DNA of 64,000 nt from Macrostomum lignano. Taxonomy: Eukaryota. Both the position numbers and the translations under genes were made by a program. Where the stretch lies: contig NIVC01000065.1 in NCBI GenBank assembly GCA_002269645.1, positions 1 to 64,000 of the forward strand. Direction: 5' to 3'. Shown piece after piece: positions 1 to 14,289 of the stretch. The notes under the pieces were generated by a model. It saw nothing but the letters and a program-made list of their open reading frames with translations, had not been told where the DNA came from and ran no database searches. Position 1 is the first letter of the stretch; each line of letters begins with the position of its first letter.

Positions 1-54
1 AGCTGCTTGGGAGTTCATTTATTTTTTGTCTTACTTGTACGCACTCATCTCAGT

Positions 55-730
55 CCCCTATTTGCTCACTGCTGCACTCATCTCAGATCCCTATTGCTCA
101 CTGCTGCACTCATCTCAGATCCCCTATTGCTCACTGCTGCACTCATCTCAGATCCCTATTGCTCACTGCTGCACTCATCTCAGATCCCCTATTGCTCACT
201 GCTGCACTCATCTCAGATCCCCAATTGCTCACTGCTGCACTCATCTCAGATCCCCTATTGCTCACTGCTGCACTCATCTCAGATCCCCTATTGCTCACTG
301 CTGCACTCATCTCAGATCCCCTATTGCTCACTGCTGCACTCATCTCAGATCCCCAATTGCTCACTGCTGCACTCATCTCAGATCCCCTATTGCTCACTGC
401 TGCACTCATCTCAGATCCCCTATTGCTCACTGCTGCACTCATCTCAGATCCCCAATTGCTCACTGCTGCACTCATCTCAGATCCCTATTGCTCACTGCTG
501 CACTCATCTCAAATCCCTATTGCTCACTGCTGCACTCATCTCAGATCCCTATTGCTCACTGCTGCACTCATCTCAGATCCCCTATTGCTCACTGCTGCAC
601 TCATCTCAGATCCCCTATTGCTCACTGCTGCACTCATCTCAAATCCCCTATTCCTCACTGCTGCACTTTTTAGATCCCTATTGCACACCATCTCAGACGC
701 ATCTATTCTCAGATGCTCAGATCCCCTATT
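55..730. repeat. Minisatellite, 32-33 bp unit (ctattgctcactgctgcactcatctcagatccc)
   Basis: Direct tandem repetition; explains the repetitive ORFs 7..732, 26..673 and 159..749. Confidence 0.95.
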
Positions 731-803
731 GAAGGCTTCAGTTTCTTAGTTTCCTCTCGATTGCCATGAGCTATAATTGTTGCTTATTATTTTGCATGAC
801 GCT

Positions 804-1504
804 ATGAACGACGACAACCACGACAGCGGTTCGAGCCGGCACCATTCAGGAAGCGGCATAGCGCTCCGCCTCAGTGCCAGCACGCATCGCGAGGTTGCCA
901 GCCTGCACAATAGCCGAACTTCGTCTGGCCGCAGCGGCGGAGGCGGCGGCTCGAACTCCAGAACCTACCAGCATCAAAATTATTATCATCAGAATCAGCG
1001 CGACTCGTCAGACTCGTCTGACGATTCGGACCGGGATCGGGATCGCAAGCGACCGCGGTCTCGCTCCCGCTCCAAGAGTCCGTCAGCGCAAAGCCTGCCA
1101 CCAATGGGCGACGGGCGTCGGTCAAAGGAGGTCTGCTGGACTCACCAGCCCTCTTAAGTGGCAAGAAGACCGCCATGGTGTTGCACTTTTGCGACGCCTG
1201 CGATCGACCGATCCAATCGTTTGGCCGCCTGTTGCCATGCAAGCACGCCGCCTGTCGCACCTGCGCCCAGTCTAGCAAGCTCTGTCCCCGGTGCCAGGAC
1301 CCGATTGAAGACACCGAAATCGTGCCGGCATCCCAGCTGCACATCTGCATGCACGACTCTGCCGCGCCGCACGGTCGGTCAGGCTGCAAACGGACTTACC
1401 TGTCCCAGAGAGATCTGCTTGCTCACATTGAGCACAGGCACGGCGGCGGTACCAAACTGATCGCCGAATCCGCCACCGCCGCGTCTCTGCCGCCGCCGCC
1501 GCTT

Positions 1505-1535
<31 letters not shown>

Positions 1536-2015
1536 TGAATCCGCCAATGTCAACTCAGCCGCAGCAATCATTGGCCCAGTACCTGCCAATGCCGGTTGTT
1601 GCTAGCACAGCTCCTGGTAGCTTGGCTAATCCCTTGCATCATCATCATCCTTATCAGCAGGCCGTCTCCGCGTACGGTGGCGGGCAGCAGCCGCACCTGC
1701 CGCCGATGTCCCAGATGCCTCCGCCGCCGCCCCAGATGATGACTTCGCCTAATCAGCAGCATCAACAGCATCCGCAGCAGATGACATTTAGGCCGCCAAT
1801 GCGACCCGGTGGTGGCATGCTGCGCCTCCTCCGGCGTCTATGATGGCGCCGCCAGGACGCCCGTCCTGCTGCAGCCGCCTCCGCAGTCTACGTTTCAGCA
1901 GCAGCAGATGCATCCGCCAATGGGGATGCCGCCTCGGCCGCAGCTTCATCATCAGCATCCGCCGCAGCCGTGGGCCAATCAGCAGGCTCCTCCGAATCGG
2001 TTTCATGGAGTGTAG
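804..2015 (+). CDS. CBLL1: E3 ubiquitin ligase Hakai (RING + C2H2/HYB domain, Pro/Gln-rich tail), apparently intronless, with three -1 frameshifts in C runs
   Basis: HFCDACDRPIQSFGRLLPCKH...CPRC and GCKRTYLSQRDLLAHIEHRH match the Hakai signature. Adding one C near 1150, 1825 and 1861 joins ORFs 777..1157, 1175..1843, 1840.. and 1809..2015 into about 404 aa from ATG 804. Confidence 0.88.
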
Positions 2016-2699
2016 AGAATTGTTGTTTAAATCTAACAATGTCATTTTAATTAATCAAGTGCTTTGAGAGGCGTTTTCCTTATAGCTGATCTGTTTCCCT
2101 TTGCCTATCTATAAACTGTATATTTTTTGTTGTTGATTTTGCGAGCCCCACCCCTGTTCTGTTGGGTCTTAAGCGTATTAATCTAATCTACGTTTTCATT
2201 GGGATTTACTATTAGTAGTTTAATAACAATATAGCTAGTAGAAATCAGTTAGGCTTATGAAGTTTCATTTATCCAATTTCCGCTATGTTTTGTTCTGTAT
2301 CCAAACGCTGTTTAAAAAATTCAATTCTTACGTAATTACATTGTATGCATTCGTTGTAACCCGGTTTCTAAAGTTTCAGATAAGCGTGCAGAGAACAAAA
2401 TTCTTATCTTTAATACACGTATTTTTTCATTATTTGGCCCTAGTTGAGTTGTGAATAATATTTTGTCATTGTTGTTAGCATTTGTGCTAAAATATTATTG
2501 CTAATATAAATTCTGGGTAGCAATGCAATTGCGTTGATTGCTTGTCTGATAAATATTTGTTTGACTCTTCATTGTTTGTCAGTTTGGTTATTTAGCAGGG
2601 CTTATTAGTAATTTTCCTGGCAACTAGCATTTGAAAAACCCATCACCCTCTTTTTCTTCAGCCTAACCCCGAAAAATCTGGATTTTTTAAAGAAAACGT

Positions 2700-3215
2700 C
2701 CTAGTAATTTTCTTAGAAATAGCGTCCTTGATTTAAAAAAGATTAGAAATAAATTAACGTCAATTCATTTCTTAGAAACTACGTCGATTAGTTTCCTAAA
2801 AATTGTCTTATTGCTTTCTTAGGAATTATCCTTGTATCGATTTCTTAGAAAGACGTCTATCAGTTTCTTAGAAACTAACTTATTTGTTTTCTTAGAAATG
2901 ATCTCGATTGGTTTTTTTAGAAATGACCTCAATCGGTTTCCTAGAAAAAACCTCTATGGGCTACTTAGACACTGCCTTAATTTGTTTTTTGTTGAAAATT
3001 ACATGGACCTCTATTATTTTTTAAGAAACTAGGTCAATTGCTTCGATTTCTTAGAATCTATCGCGATTAGTTTCTTAGAAATTCTAACAAATTGCTGAGA
3101 ATGGCCTTAAAGCCTATATATTTGAAATGACCCTGAATTACTTTATTACGCTCGTAGAAATAGTCTTAAATGCCTATCTCAATAATGGGCTTGAATTATT
3201 TTTTTAGAAATTGCT
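2700..3215. repeat. Degenerate tandem repeat rich in TTTCTTAGAAA
   Basis: At least eight TTC(T/C)TAGAA copies at about 25-60 bp spacing. Confidence 0.7.
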
Positions 3216-3398
3216 CTTAATTTGTCGCTCCAACCACGCTACAGTTCCTTTCATAGAGATTAATTCGCCCAGCAGACAGTTTATTACTATAGCTGGTAGT
3301 TATGAAACTTTATTAATCTTGACTTTCTGCCTTTAAGCGTTTATAATAATCGTAGCTAAATATCAAAATTATTTGAAACTTGATTGAGAAACTCAACA

Positions 3399-6300
3399 AT
3401 GGCTTTGGCTATCAACGAAAACACCTGGTGGGCCAATCTCGACAATATGGTAGAAGATGCTTCTCGAGATCCAATGAACACCGTGCAACAGCATTACTGC
3501 TGCTATCCCGACTGCGGAGTTCACCTGGACTCGGTTGGCTGGATTTGCATCTGCTGTCATTCATTCTGCGAAGCTCACGCGCCTGAGTTAATTCACGGCG
3601 GCCCAAGTCACCGGCGTAGGTGCCACGTGTGCAAGACTGACCTGATGCCTAATGAGGTTTGTTGCTGGGGAGCTGACAGGCCGTTAGGCATTCCCTCTGC
3701 TGGTCCTTGGTTTCAAAGCCATTGTTGGTCTGGTTCGACTGCCATTTGTTGGTCTGGTTTGAGTGCATTTATTGGTCTGGTTCGACTGCCATTTGTTGGT
3801 CTGGTTTGAGTGCATTTATTGGTCTGGTTCAATTGCCATTTGTTGGTCTGGTTCGATTGCCATTTGTTGGTCTGGTTTGACTGCCATTTTTTGGTCTGGT
3901 TTGAGTGCATTTATTGGTCTGGTTCAATTGCCATTTGTTGGTCTGGTTCGATTGCCATTTGTTGGTCTGGTTTGACTGCCATTTGTTGGTCTGGTTTGAG
4001 TGCATTTATTGGTCTGGTTCAATTGCCATTTGTTGGTCTGGTTCGATTGCCATTTGTTGGTCTGGTTTGACTGCCATTTGTTGGTCTGGTTTGAGTGCAT
4101 TTATTGGTCTGGTTCAATTGCCATTTGTTGGTCTGGTTCGATTGCCATTTGTTGGTCTGGTTGAGTGCATTTATTGGTCTGGTTCGATTGCCATTTGTTG
4201 GTCTGGTTCGATTGCCATTTGTTGGTCTGGTTTGAGTGCATTTATTGGTCTGGTTCGATTGCCATTTGTTGGTCTGGTTTGAGTGCATTTATTGGTCTGG
4301 TTCGATTGCCATTTGTTGGTCTGGTTTGAGTGCATTTATTGGTCTGGTTCGATTGCCATTTGTTGGTCTGGTTCGATTGCCATTTGTTGGTCTGGTTCGA
4401 TTGCCATTTGTTGGTCTGGTTCGATTGCCATTTGTTGGTCTGGTTTGAGTGCCATTTGTTGGTCTGGTTCGAGTGCCATTTTTGGTCTGGTTCGATTGCC
4501 ATTTGTTGGTCTGGTTTGAGTGCATTTGTTGGTCTGGTTCAATTGCCATTTGTTGGTCTGGTTCGATTGCCATTTGTTGGTCTGGTTTGAGTGCATTTGT
4601 TGGTCTGGTTCAATTGCCATTTGTTGGTCTGGTTCGATTGCCATTTGTTGGTCTGGTTTGAGTGCCATTTTTTGGTCTGGTTCGATTGCCATTTGTTGGT
4701 CTGGTTCGACTGCCATTGTTGGTCTGGTTTGAGTGCCATTTTTTGGTCTGGTTCGATTGCCATTTGTTGGTCTGGTTCGACTGCCATTTGTTGGTCTGGT
4801 TTGAGTGCATTTGTTGGTCTGGTTCGATTGCCATCTGTTGGTCTGGTTCGATTGCCATTTGTTGGTCTGGTTCGATTGCCATTTGTTGGTCTGGTTTGAG
4901 TGCATTTGTTGGTCTGGTTCGATTGCCATCTGTTGGTCTGGTTCGATTGCCATTTGTTGGTCTGGTTCGATTGCCATTTGTTGGTCTGGTTTGACTGCCA
5001 TTTGTTGGTCTGTTTTGATTGTCATTTGTTGTCTGTTTTGATTGTCATTTGTTGGTCTGTTTTGATTGTCATTTGTTGGTCTGGTTTAACTGCCATTTGT
5101 TGGTCTTGTTCGATTGCCATTTGTTGGTCTGGTTTGACTGCCATTTGTTGGTCTGGTTCGATTGTCATTTGTTGGTCTGGTTTGACTGCCATTTGTTGGT
5201 CTGGTTCGATTGCCATTTGTTGGTCTGGTTTTAGTGCCATTTGTTGGTCTGTTTTGATTGTCATTTGTTGGTATGTTTTGATTGTCATTTGTTGGTCTGT
5301 TTTGATTGTCATTTGTTGGTCTGTTTTGATTGTCATTTGTTGGTCTGGTTCGACTGCCATTTGTTGGTCTGGTTTGACTGCCATTTCCTTTGGTTTTGTC
5401 GTCATGTCTTCTCCAGTTTGATTGCAATCTTCCGCAAGTGGGTTTTGTTTTAGTGCAGCTTCTCAGCCAGTCTTACGGTCATAGACTGAGCTACCCATTA
5501 TTTATGCCTGCATCATTCATTCATCAAGGTGAACCGGTTCTGTGTCCAAGACAACCAATCCGCCGGCTTGTTTAGCCAAGTTGGTCGCACCGTCAACCAG
5601 ACGTTCGACATGCTAAGCTTCAGCCTGGACCATTCTGTCAAGCATGAACAAGAGCGCCTTGCTATTCTAGCTAAACTCAAAGAAATTGACGAGGCTGATG
5701 ACCGAGCTCTGGCTGAGGCTGAGGCTGAAAAGGAGGAGGTCGAAATTGAATTGGACAGCCTGAGTATGCAGTGCCACCAGCGAAAGAAAAGGTGCATCCA
5801 GCATAAGAAGACGGTGAACACCGCCCAGCATCATCTCAAAACGATGGTAAGCTTTTCGGATGCATAGACAGCATCTGAGACGGGTTTTACAGCTCTGGGA
5901 TAGGTTTGACAGCTCTGAGATGGGTTTGACAGCTCTGGGATGGGTTTGACAGCTCTGAGATGGGTTTGACAGATCTGGGATGGGTTTGACAGCTCTGGGA
6001 TGGGTTTGACAGCTCTGAGATGGGTTTGACAGCTCTGGGATGGGTTTGACAGCATCTGAGATGGGTTTGACAGCTCTGGGATGGGTTTGACAGCTCTGAA
6101 ATGGGTTTGACAGCTCTGGGATGGGTTTGACAGCTCTGAGACGGGTTTTAAAGCTCTGAGATGGGTTTGACAGCTCTGGGATGGGTTTGACAGCTCTGGG
6201 ATAGGTTTGACAGCTCTGAGATGGGTTTGACAACTCTGGGATGGGTTTGACAGCTCTGGGACGGGTTTTAAAGCTCTGAGACGGGTTTGACAGCATCTGA

Positions 6301-7783
6301 GATGGGTTTGACAGCTCTGGGATGGGTTTGACAGCTCTGAGACGGGTTTTAAAGCTCTGAGACGGGTTTGACAGCATCTGAGATGGGTTTGAGAGCTCTG
6401 GGATGGGTTTGACAGCTCTGAAATGGGTTTGAGAGCTCTGGATGGGTTTGACAGCTCTGAGATGGGTTTGACAGCTCTGGATGGGTTTGACAGCTCTGGG
6501 ATGGGTTTGACAGCTCTGAGACGTGTTTAAAGCTCTGAGATGGGTTTGACAGCTCTGGGATAGGTTTGACAGCTCTGAGATGGGTTTGACAGCTCTGGGA
6601 TGGGTTTGACAGCTCTGGGTCGGGTTTTAAAGCTCTGAGACGGGTTTGACAGCATCTGAGGTGGGTTTGACAGCTCTGAGATGGGTTTGACAGCTCTGAG
6701 ATGGGTTTGACAGCTCTGAGATGGGTTTGAGAGCTCTGGGATGGGTTTGACAGCTCTGGGATGGGTTTGACAGCTCTGGGATGGGTTTGACAGCTCTGAG
6801 ACGGGTTTGACAGCATCGGAGATGGGTTTGAGAGCTCTGGGATGGGTTTGACAGCTCTGAAATGGGTTTGACAGCTCTGGGATGGGTTTGACAGCTCTGG
6901 GATGGGTTTGACAGCTCTGAGACGTGTTTAAAGCTCTGAGATGGGTTTGACAGCTCTGGGATGGGTTTGACAGCTCTGGGATAGGTTTGACAGCTCTGAG
7001 ATGGGTTTGACAGCTCTGGGATGGGTTTGACAGCTCTGGGTCGGGTTTTAAAGCTCTGAGACGGGTTTGACAGCATCTGAGGTGGGTTTGACAGCTCTGG
7101 GATGGGTTTGACAGCTCTGGGATGGGTTTGACAGCTCTGAGATGGGTTTGAGAGCTCTGGGATGGGTTTCACAGCTCTGGGATGGGTTTCACAGCTCTGG
7201 GATGGGTTTCACAGCTCTAGGGTGGGTTTGACAGCTCTGAGATGGGTTTGAGAGCTCTGGGATGGGTTTGACAGCTCTGGGATGGGTTTCACAGCTCTGG
7301 GATGGGTTTCACAGCTCTAGGGTGGGTTTGACAGCTCTGGGATAGGTTTGACAGCTCTATGAGCGCCCACTTTCGACCCCACAGCTGACGAAAGTGAAAC
7401 GATACAATGAAAGCATCAAAGTTGTGAAGCGCTACTTTGAGGACATGCGCAATCACAATGACAGCTTGAAACGCCAGTTAAACAATCGAGAGGACGAGAA
7501 CAAACGGCTGAACACGCAAGTGATTGCCGCTAACGATCGACTCGAAGAGTACAAAAATGCCAATTTTTCGTCCGAACAGGACAATGGGTCGCCTAGCCCA
7601 ACCGAGTACAGCGGCGGTAGTAGTCAACTGTCGATCGAGTACGCAGCTAACAACGGAGCCGGGCCTAGTGGTCGTCATAGCAACGGCGGTTTTAGCGACG
7701 CCACTTCTAGCATTGGCCCGTCCGCTTCGGCTGTTGGACGTCCGCCGTCGTATAGTGACTCGGAGGAGAGCGACTATAATTGA
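3399..7783 (+). CDS. B-box/AN1-like zinc finger + coiled-coil protein (RING-less TRIM-like), join(3399..3656,5529..5846,7385..7783), 324 aa
   Basis: Both GT-AG introns are phase 0 and give a continuous frame. Motif C-x3-C-x10-C-x-C-x4-C-x2-H-x5-H, then CHVC...FCVQD (degenerate B-box2), then heptad-rich helix and a Ser-rich tail. Confidence 0.7.
3720..5385. repeat. Intronic minisatellite, 23-24 bp (ttggtctggttcgattgccatttg)
   Basis: Tandem array filling intron 3657-5528. Confidence 0.95.
5870..7358. repeat. Intronic minisatellite, 20 bp (gatgggtttgacagctctgg)
   Basis: Tandem array filling intron 5847-7384. Confidence 0.95.
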
Positions 7784-8319
7784 TCTGGGGATTGAAATTT
7801 GATTTTGACAACTTGGACTGACTTGACAGGAGTGGCTACTGTTGTTGAACTGTTTTTTCTGGGTTTTGTGTGTGTTTTGTTTCCTAATTCAATTTTTGCA
7901 GCCATGCTCAATGTGCTCAATATTGCTGTGGATGGCTTTGAGTTTATCTGTTTTGGCTTTAGTTCAATTTATTTATCAATGTTTTGTTACTGTTTTGCCA
8001 TCAGTATAGCTTAATTGTTTGAGCGTTTGTTCCGCAATACATAATACAGTCTCAGTCTCGTTTATTCAACTTTATTTTCCCCACCAAAGCTTTTTTTCCA
8101 ATTTATAGTCATCTTTATGAGAAATTTCCTAAACTGCATTCACAATTTATCTATACTCGTATTTGAGACAATACAAAAGCTTTCTGCTTTCTTTTTTCCT
8201 GTTTCTTTTTCGTTTTGTTTCTTTGGACTCATATTGTGTTGTTGGCTCTAATTATTTTTTTCTGCAGTGCTCTTATTTGTAGTTTTAATCCTAGTGAGGA
8301 GAACAAAGCTGTAGCTGTA

Positions 8320-9375
8320 GGGTAAAGTAGGGTGTGAAATCAGGCAGTGGGGGGGTAAAGTAGGGTGTGAAATCAGGCAGTGGGGGGGGGTAAAGTAGGG
8401 TGTGAAATCAGGCAGTGGGGGGGGGTAAAGTAGGGTGTGAAATCAGGCAGTGGGAGGTAAAGTAGGGTGTGAAATCAGGCAGTGGGGGGTAAAGTAGGGT
8501 GTGAAATCAGGCAGTGGGGGGTAAAGTAGGGTGTGAAATCAGGCAGTGGGGGGGTAAAGTAGGGTGTGAAATCAGGCAGTGGGGGGGGGGTAAAGTAGGG
8601 TGTGAAATCAGGCAGTGGGGGGGGGGTAAAGAAGGGTGTGAAATCAGGCAGTGGGGGGGGTAAAGTAGGGTGTGAAATCAGGCAGTGGGGGGGGTAAAGA
8701 AGGGTGTGAAATCAGGCAGTGGGGGGGTAAAGAAGGGTGTGAAATCAGGCAGTGGGGGGGTAAAGAAGGGTGTGAAATCAGGCAGTCGGAGGGGGGTAAA
8801 GAAGGGTGTGAAATCAGGCAGTGGGGGGGGGTAAAGAAGGGTGTGAAATCAGGCAGTGGGGGGGGGGTAAAGAAGGGTGTAAAATCAGGCAGTGGGAGGT
8901 AAAGTAGGGTGTGAAATCAGGCAGTGGGGGGGGGTAAAGTAGGGTGTGAAATCAGGCAGTGGGAGGTAAAGTAGGGTGTGAAATCAGGCAGTGGGGGGTA
9001 AAGAAGGGTGTGAAATCAGGCAGTGGGGTGGGGGTAAAGTAGGGTGTGAAATCAGGCAGTGGGGGGGGGGTAAAGTAGGGTGTGAAATCAGGCAGTGGGG
9101 GGGGGGTAAAGTAGGGTGTGAAATCAGGCAGTGGAAGGGGGTAAAGTAGGGTGTGAAATCAGGCAGTGGGGGGGGTAAAGTAGGGTGTGAAATCAGGCAG
9201 TGGGGGGGGGTAAAGTAGGGTGTGAAATCAGGCAGTGGGGGGGGTAAAGTAGGGTGTGAAATCAGGCAGTGGGGGGGGGTAAAGTAGGGTGTGAAATCAG
9301 GCAGTGGGGGGGGTAAAGAAGGGTGTGAAATCAGGCAGTGGGGGGGGGGTAAAGTAGGGTGTGAAATCAGGCAAG
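8320..9375. repeat. G-rich minisatellite: 27-bp core (gtaaagtagggtgtgaaatcaggcagt) plus a variable G run
   Basis: Tandem array upstream of the splice acceptor at 9498-9499 that precedes the ARL1 ATG. Confidence 0.95.
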
Positions 9376-9467
9376 GGGTAAATTTGGATGTGAAAACTGG
9401 GGCTAAAAGCAGCTTCTGAGAAAGCTACAAGGGATCTGGAGCATGTCCAGCTGAACTTAAATGATGA

Positions 9468-11046
<1,579 letters not shown>

Positions 11047-11829
11047 ATAGCAGGTGTAGAACAGCTGTGAGAGTCGTTTTGAGTCCGTTTTTTGCTTATT
11101 TTCGATAGCAACGTAATTGTATTTACATTTATTTATTAGCAGTAATCTAATTTACCAAAATGGCTCTAAATTCGGATGGCATTGTTTTATTTGTATTTTC
11201 TTGGCTTCCAATACAACTATAAGTCTTGTATTTCGTAGTTTAAACTAATATTTGTTATTATACTCCTAATTGTGAAAGACGCATTCCTTCTTTTAAGCGG
11301 TCGCTTGTGTTCCTTCTGCTGGTGCGTCTTTTGCTTATTTTGCTACTCAATAGTAGCTAGGGTGATTTCTTTATAGCTAAATTTAGTATTGCATTAGACA
11401 TCTGGCGATAAATGCGTTATTTGCTGTTATTTCTGAGCTATCTTGTCTATTTGGTGAAAGCTCATACTTTTTGTTTTGCTTTCTTATATTTGTTTTTTAG
11501 TATTATAATAATTAGTTTAAATGTGTCAGCTCTGTAAGAGTATATATTTCAAGTCTATTGCACTCAAGATACTGCTTGTGTCTTCCTACAATTGACGTTT
11601 CATGATGCAATTAATTTTGTTTACTTAAGTGTAATCTAGTACAGTCAGTTATCCACTTTATATTTCGTTTTGCTGAATGAATTTTATTGATCAAATCTGT
11701 TCTGAGAAATAATAAACTCACCTAATACTCTACTGATACTTAGACTTGAGATATCTATACCTAGAAAAGGTTATTTTATATTATGTTATCAGAGTTATCT
11801 TTCAAAATCGCCAGCCCTACTCAAACCAC

Positions 11830-12830
11830 CATGAGAATCGCCCTTTAAACTACCTGAGAATCGCCCTTTAAACTACCTGAGAATCGCCCTTTAAACTATC
11901 TGAGAATCGCCCTTTAAACTACCTGAGAATCGCCCTTTAAACTACCTGAGAATCGCCCTTTAAACTACCTGAGAATCGCCCTTTAAGCTACCTGAGAATC
12001 ATCTAACCTACCTTAGAATTGCCCTTTAAACTACCTGAGAATCGCCCTTTAAACTACCTGAGAATCGCCCTTTAAACTACCTGAATCGCCCTTTAAACTA
12101 TCTGAGAATCGCCCTTTAAACTATCTGAGAATCGCCCTTTAAACTTCCTGAAAATCATCTAACCTTACCTTAGAATTGCCCTTTAAACTACCTGAGAATC
12201 GCCCTTTAAACTACCTGAGAATCGCCCTTTAAACTAGCTGAGAATCGCACTTTAAACTAGCTGAGAATCACCCTTTAAACTAGCTGAGAATCACCCTTTA
12301 AACTAGCTGAGAATCGCCCTTTAAACTAGCTGAGAATCGCACTTTAAACTAGCTGAGAATCACCCTTTAAACTAGCTGAGAATCACCCTTTAAACTAGCT
12401 GAGAATCGCCCTTTAAACTACCTGAGAATCATTTAACCTACCTTAGAATTGCTCTTTAAACTACCTGAGAATCATCTAACCTACCTTAGAATCGCCCTTT
12501 AAACTACCTGAGAATCGCCCTTTAAACTACCTGAGAATGGCCCTTTAAACTAACTGAGAATCGCCCTTTAAACTACCCGAGAATCGCCCTTTAAACTACC
12601 TTAGAATCGCCCTTTAAACTATCTGAGAATCACCCTTTAAGCTACCTGAGAATCAAACCTTAAACTACCTGAGAATCGCCCTTTAAACTACCTGAGAATC
12701 ATCTAACCTACCTGAGAATCACCCTTTAAACTACCTTAGAATCGCCCTTTAAACTACCTGAGAATCAAACCTTAAACTACCTGAGAATCGCCCTTTAAAC
12801 TAGCTGAGAATGGCCTCTTAACCACCCTGA
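11830..12830. repeat. Minisatellite, 23 bp (gagaatcgccctttaaactacct) with recurring variant units
   Basis: Tandem array between ARL1 and PSPH. Confidence 0.95.
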
Positions 12831-12965
12831 GAATCCCTCCTTAAACCAACCTGATAATTGCGTCGGTCAACATCACTGGCTGTCATACGTTCCAGGCATA
12901 AAGTGGTTTTGGTCAATCCAGTGTCGCACAAGCAGTCTTGCATACTCGAAGATCCTCCAACCGCA

Positions 12966-14289
12966 ATGTCTCAGCCGTCGCCCTCCGTTCTCCAAGCCTG
13001 GCTAGGCGCTGATTGCGTCTGTTTCGACGTTGACTCGACAGTTTGCGTCGACGAAGGGCTCGATAATTTGGCCGAATTTTGCGGCGTTGCTGACAAAGTC
13101 AAAGCGCTGTGAGTTGTTGTTTTGTGGGGGTTCTAATAGTTTGCTGTATCTCAATAAGTGTCCGTTATTTCACCATCGCAGCACTAACAAAGCCATGAAC
13201 GGAGACATGACATTTGAAGAATCGTTCGAAGCCCGATTAAGCATGATGGGACTTACTCGACAGAAATTGGACCAGTTTGTTAGTCAGCATCCGCCAAAGC
13301 TTACTCCGAATGTTGTGTAAGACTTTATATTTGATTATATTTGACGTAATGCTTTTATTTCAGGCCTAACACCTGCGCCTACAGTGGTTTAGTTGACTGA
13401 TAACACCTGCCCCAACAGTGATTTGATTGGCTGATAACACCTGCCCCAACATAGATTTAATTAGCTGGTAACACCTGCGCCTACAGTGGTTTAGTTGACT
13501 GATAATACCTGTCCCAACAGAGGTTTAATTAGCTGGTAACACCTGCCCCAACAGTGATTTAATTAGCTGGTAACACCTACCCTCACAGTGATTTAATTAG
13601 CTGATAACACCTGCCCAACAGTGATTTGATTAGCTGCTAACACCTTCCCCAACAGTGATTTGATTGGCTGATAACACCTGCCCCCAGGAATGATTTAATT
13701 GGCTAAATAACACCTGCCCCAACAGTGATTTAATTAGCTGATAACGTCTACGCCAAAGATTTAAATGTAATTATTCTGCCTAATTCTCCATATTTTCTGC
13801 TTTTTCCTACTGTAAGTAAGCAATTTAGTAGTCCATTTTCCATTTAAAAAACAATTTAGAAATCTTGTGCAACTGTTGGAGCAGCGCAACAAACGAGTCT
13901 ACCTGATAACTGGCGGCGTGAGCGACCTCGTCAAGCCCGTACTGACAGCTCTCAGCCTGCCAGACAATCGGCTGATCTCAAATCGGCTTTTATTTGACGA
14001 GAACACTGGCGAGTTTCTGGGCCACGATCGGTCCTGTTTCACCTGCCGGAGTGGCGGCAAAGCGGCCGCAGTTAAACACCTGCGCGTAGATCTTGGCTAT
14101 CGATCTGTGGCTATGATTGGCGACGGGGTTACCGATATGGAGGCCAGAAGCGAGTGCGATCTGTTTGTCGGCTTCGGTGGCAACGTGGAACGGGCCCAGG
14201 TGGTTGCTGGGGCGGATTGGTTTGTGCGCGATTTTAGGGAACTGGCTAAACCTCTGCTGGAGCGGGATGCTAACTGCAATATGCCTTAG
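12966..14289 (+). CDS. PSPH: Phosphoserine phosphatase (HAD family), join(12966..13108,13182..13316,13860..14289), 235 aa
   Basis: HAD motif I FDVDSTV, AMNGDM-F-ES cap, LITGG, GK and motif IV GDGVTD; two phase-2 GT-AG introns keep the frame. Confidence 0.93.
13365..13745. repeat. Intronic minisatellite, about 34 bp (ataacacctgccccaacagtgatttaattagctg)
   Basis: Degenerate tandem array in PSPH intron 2. Confidence 0.9.

Noticed and set aside
1140-1160. Programmed -1 ribosomal frameshift in Hakai
   Set aside because: No X XXY YYZ slippery heptamer, and three similar indels in one gene are better explained by sequence error or decay.
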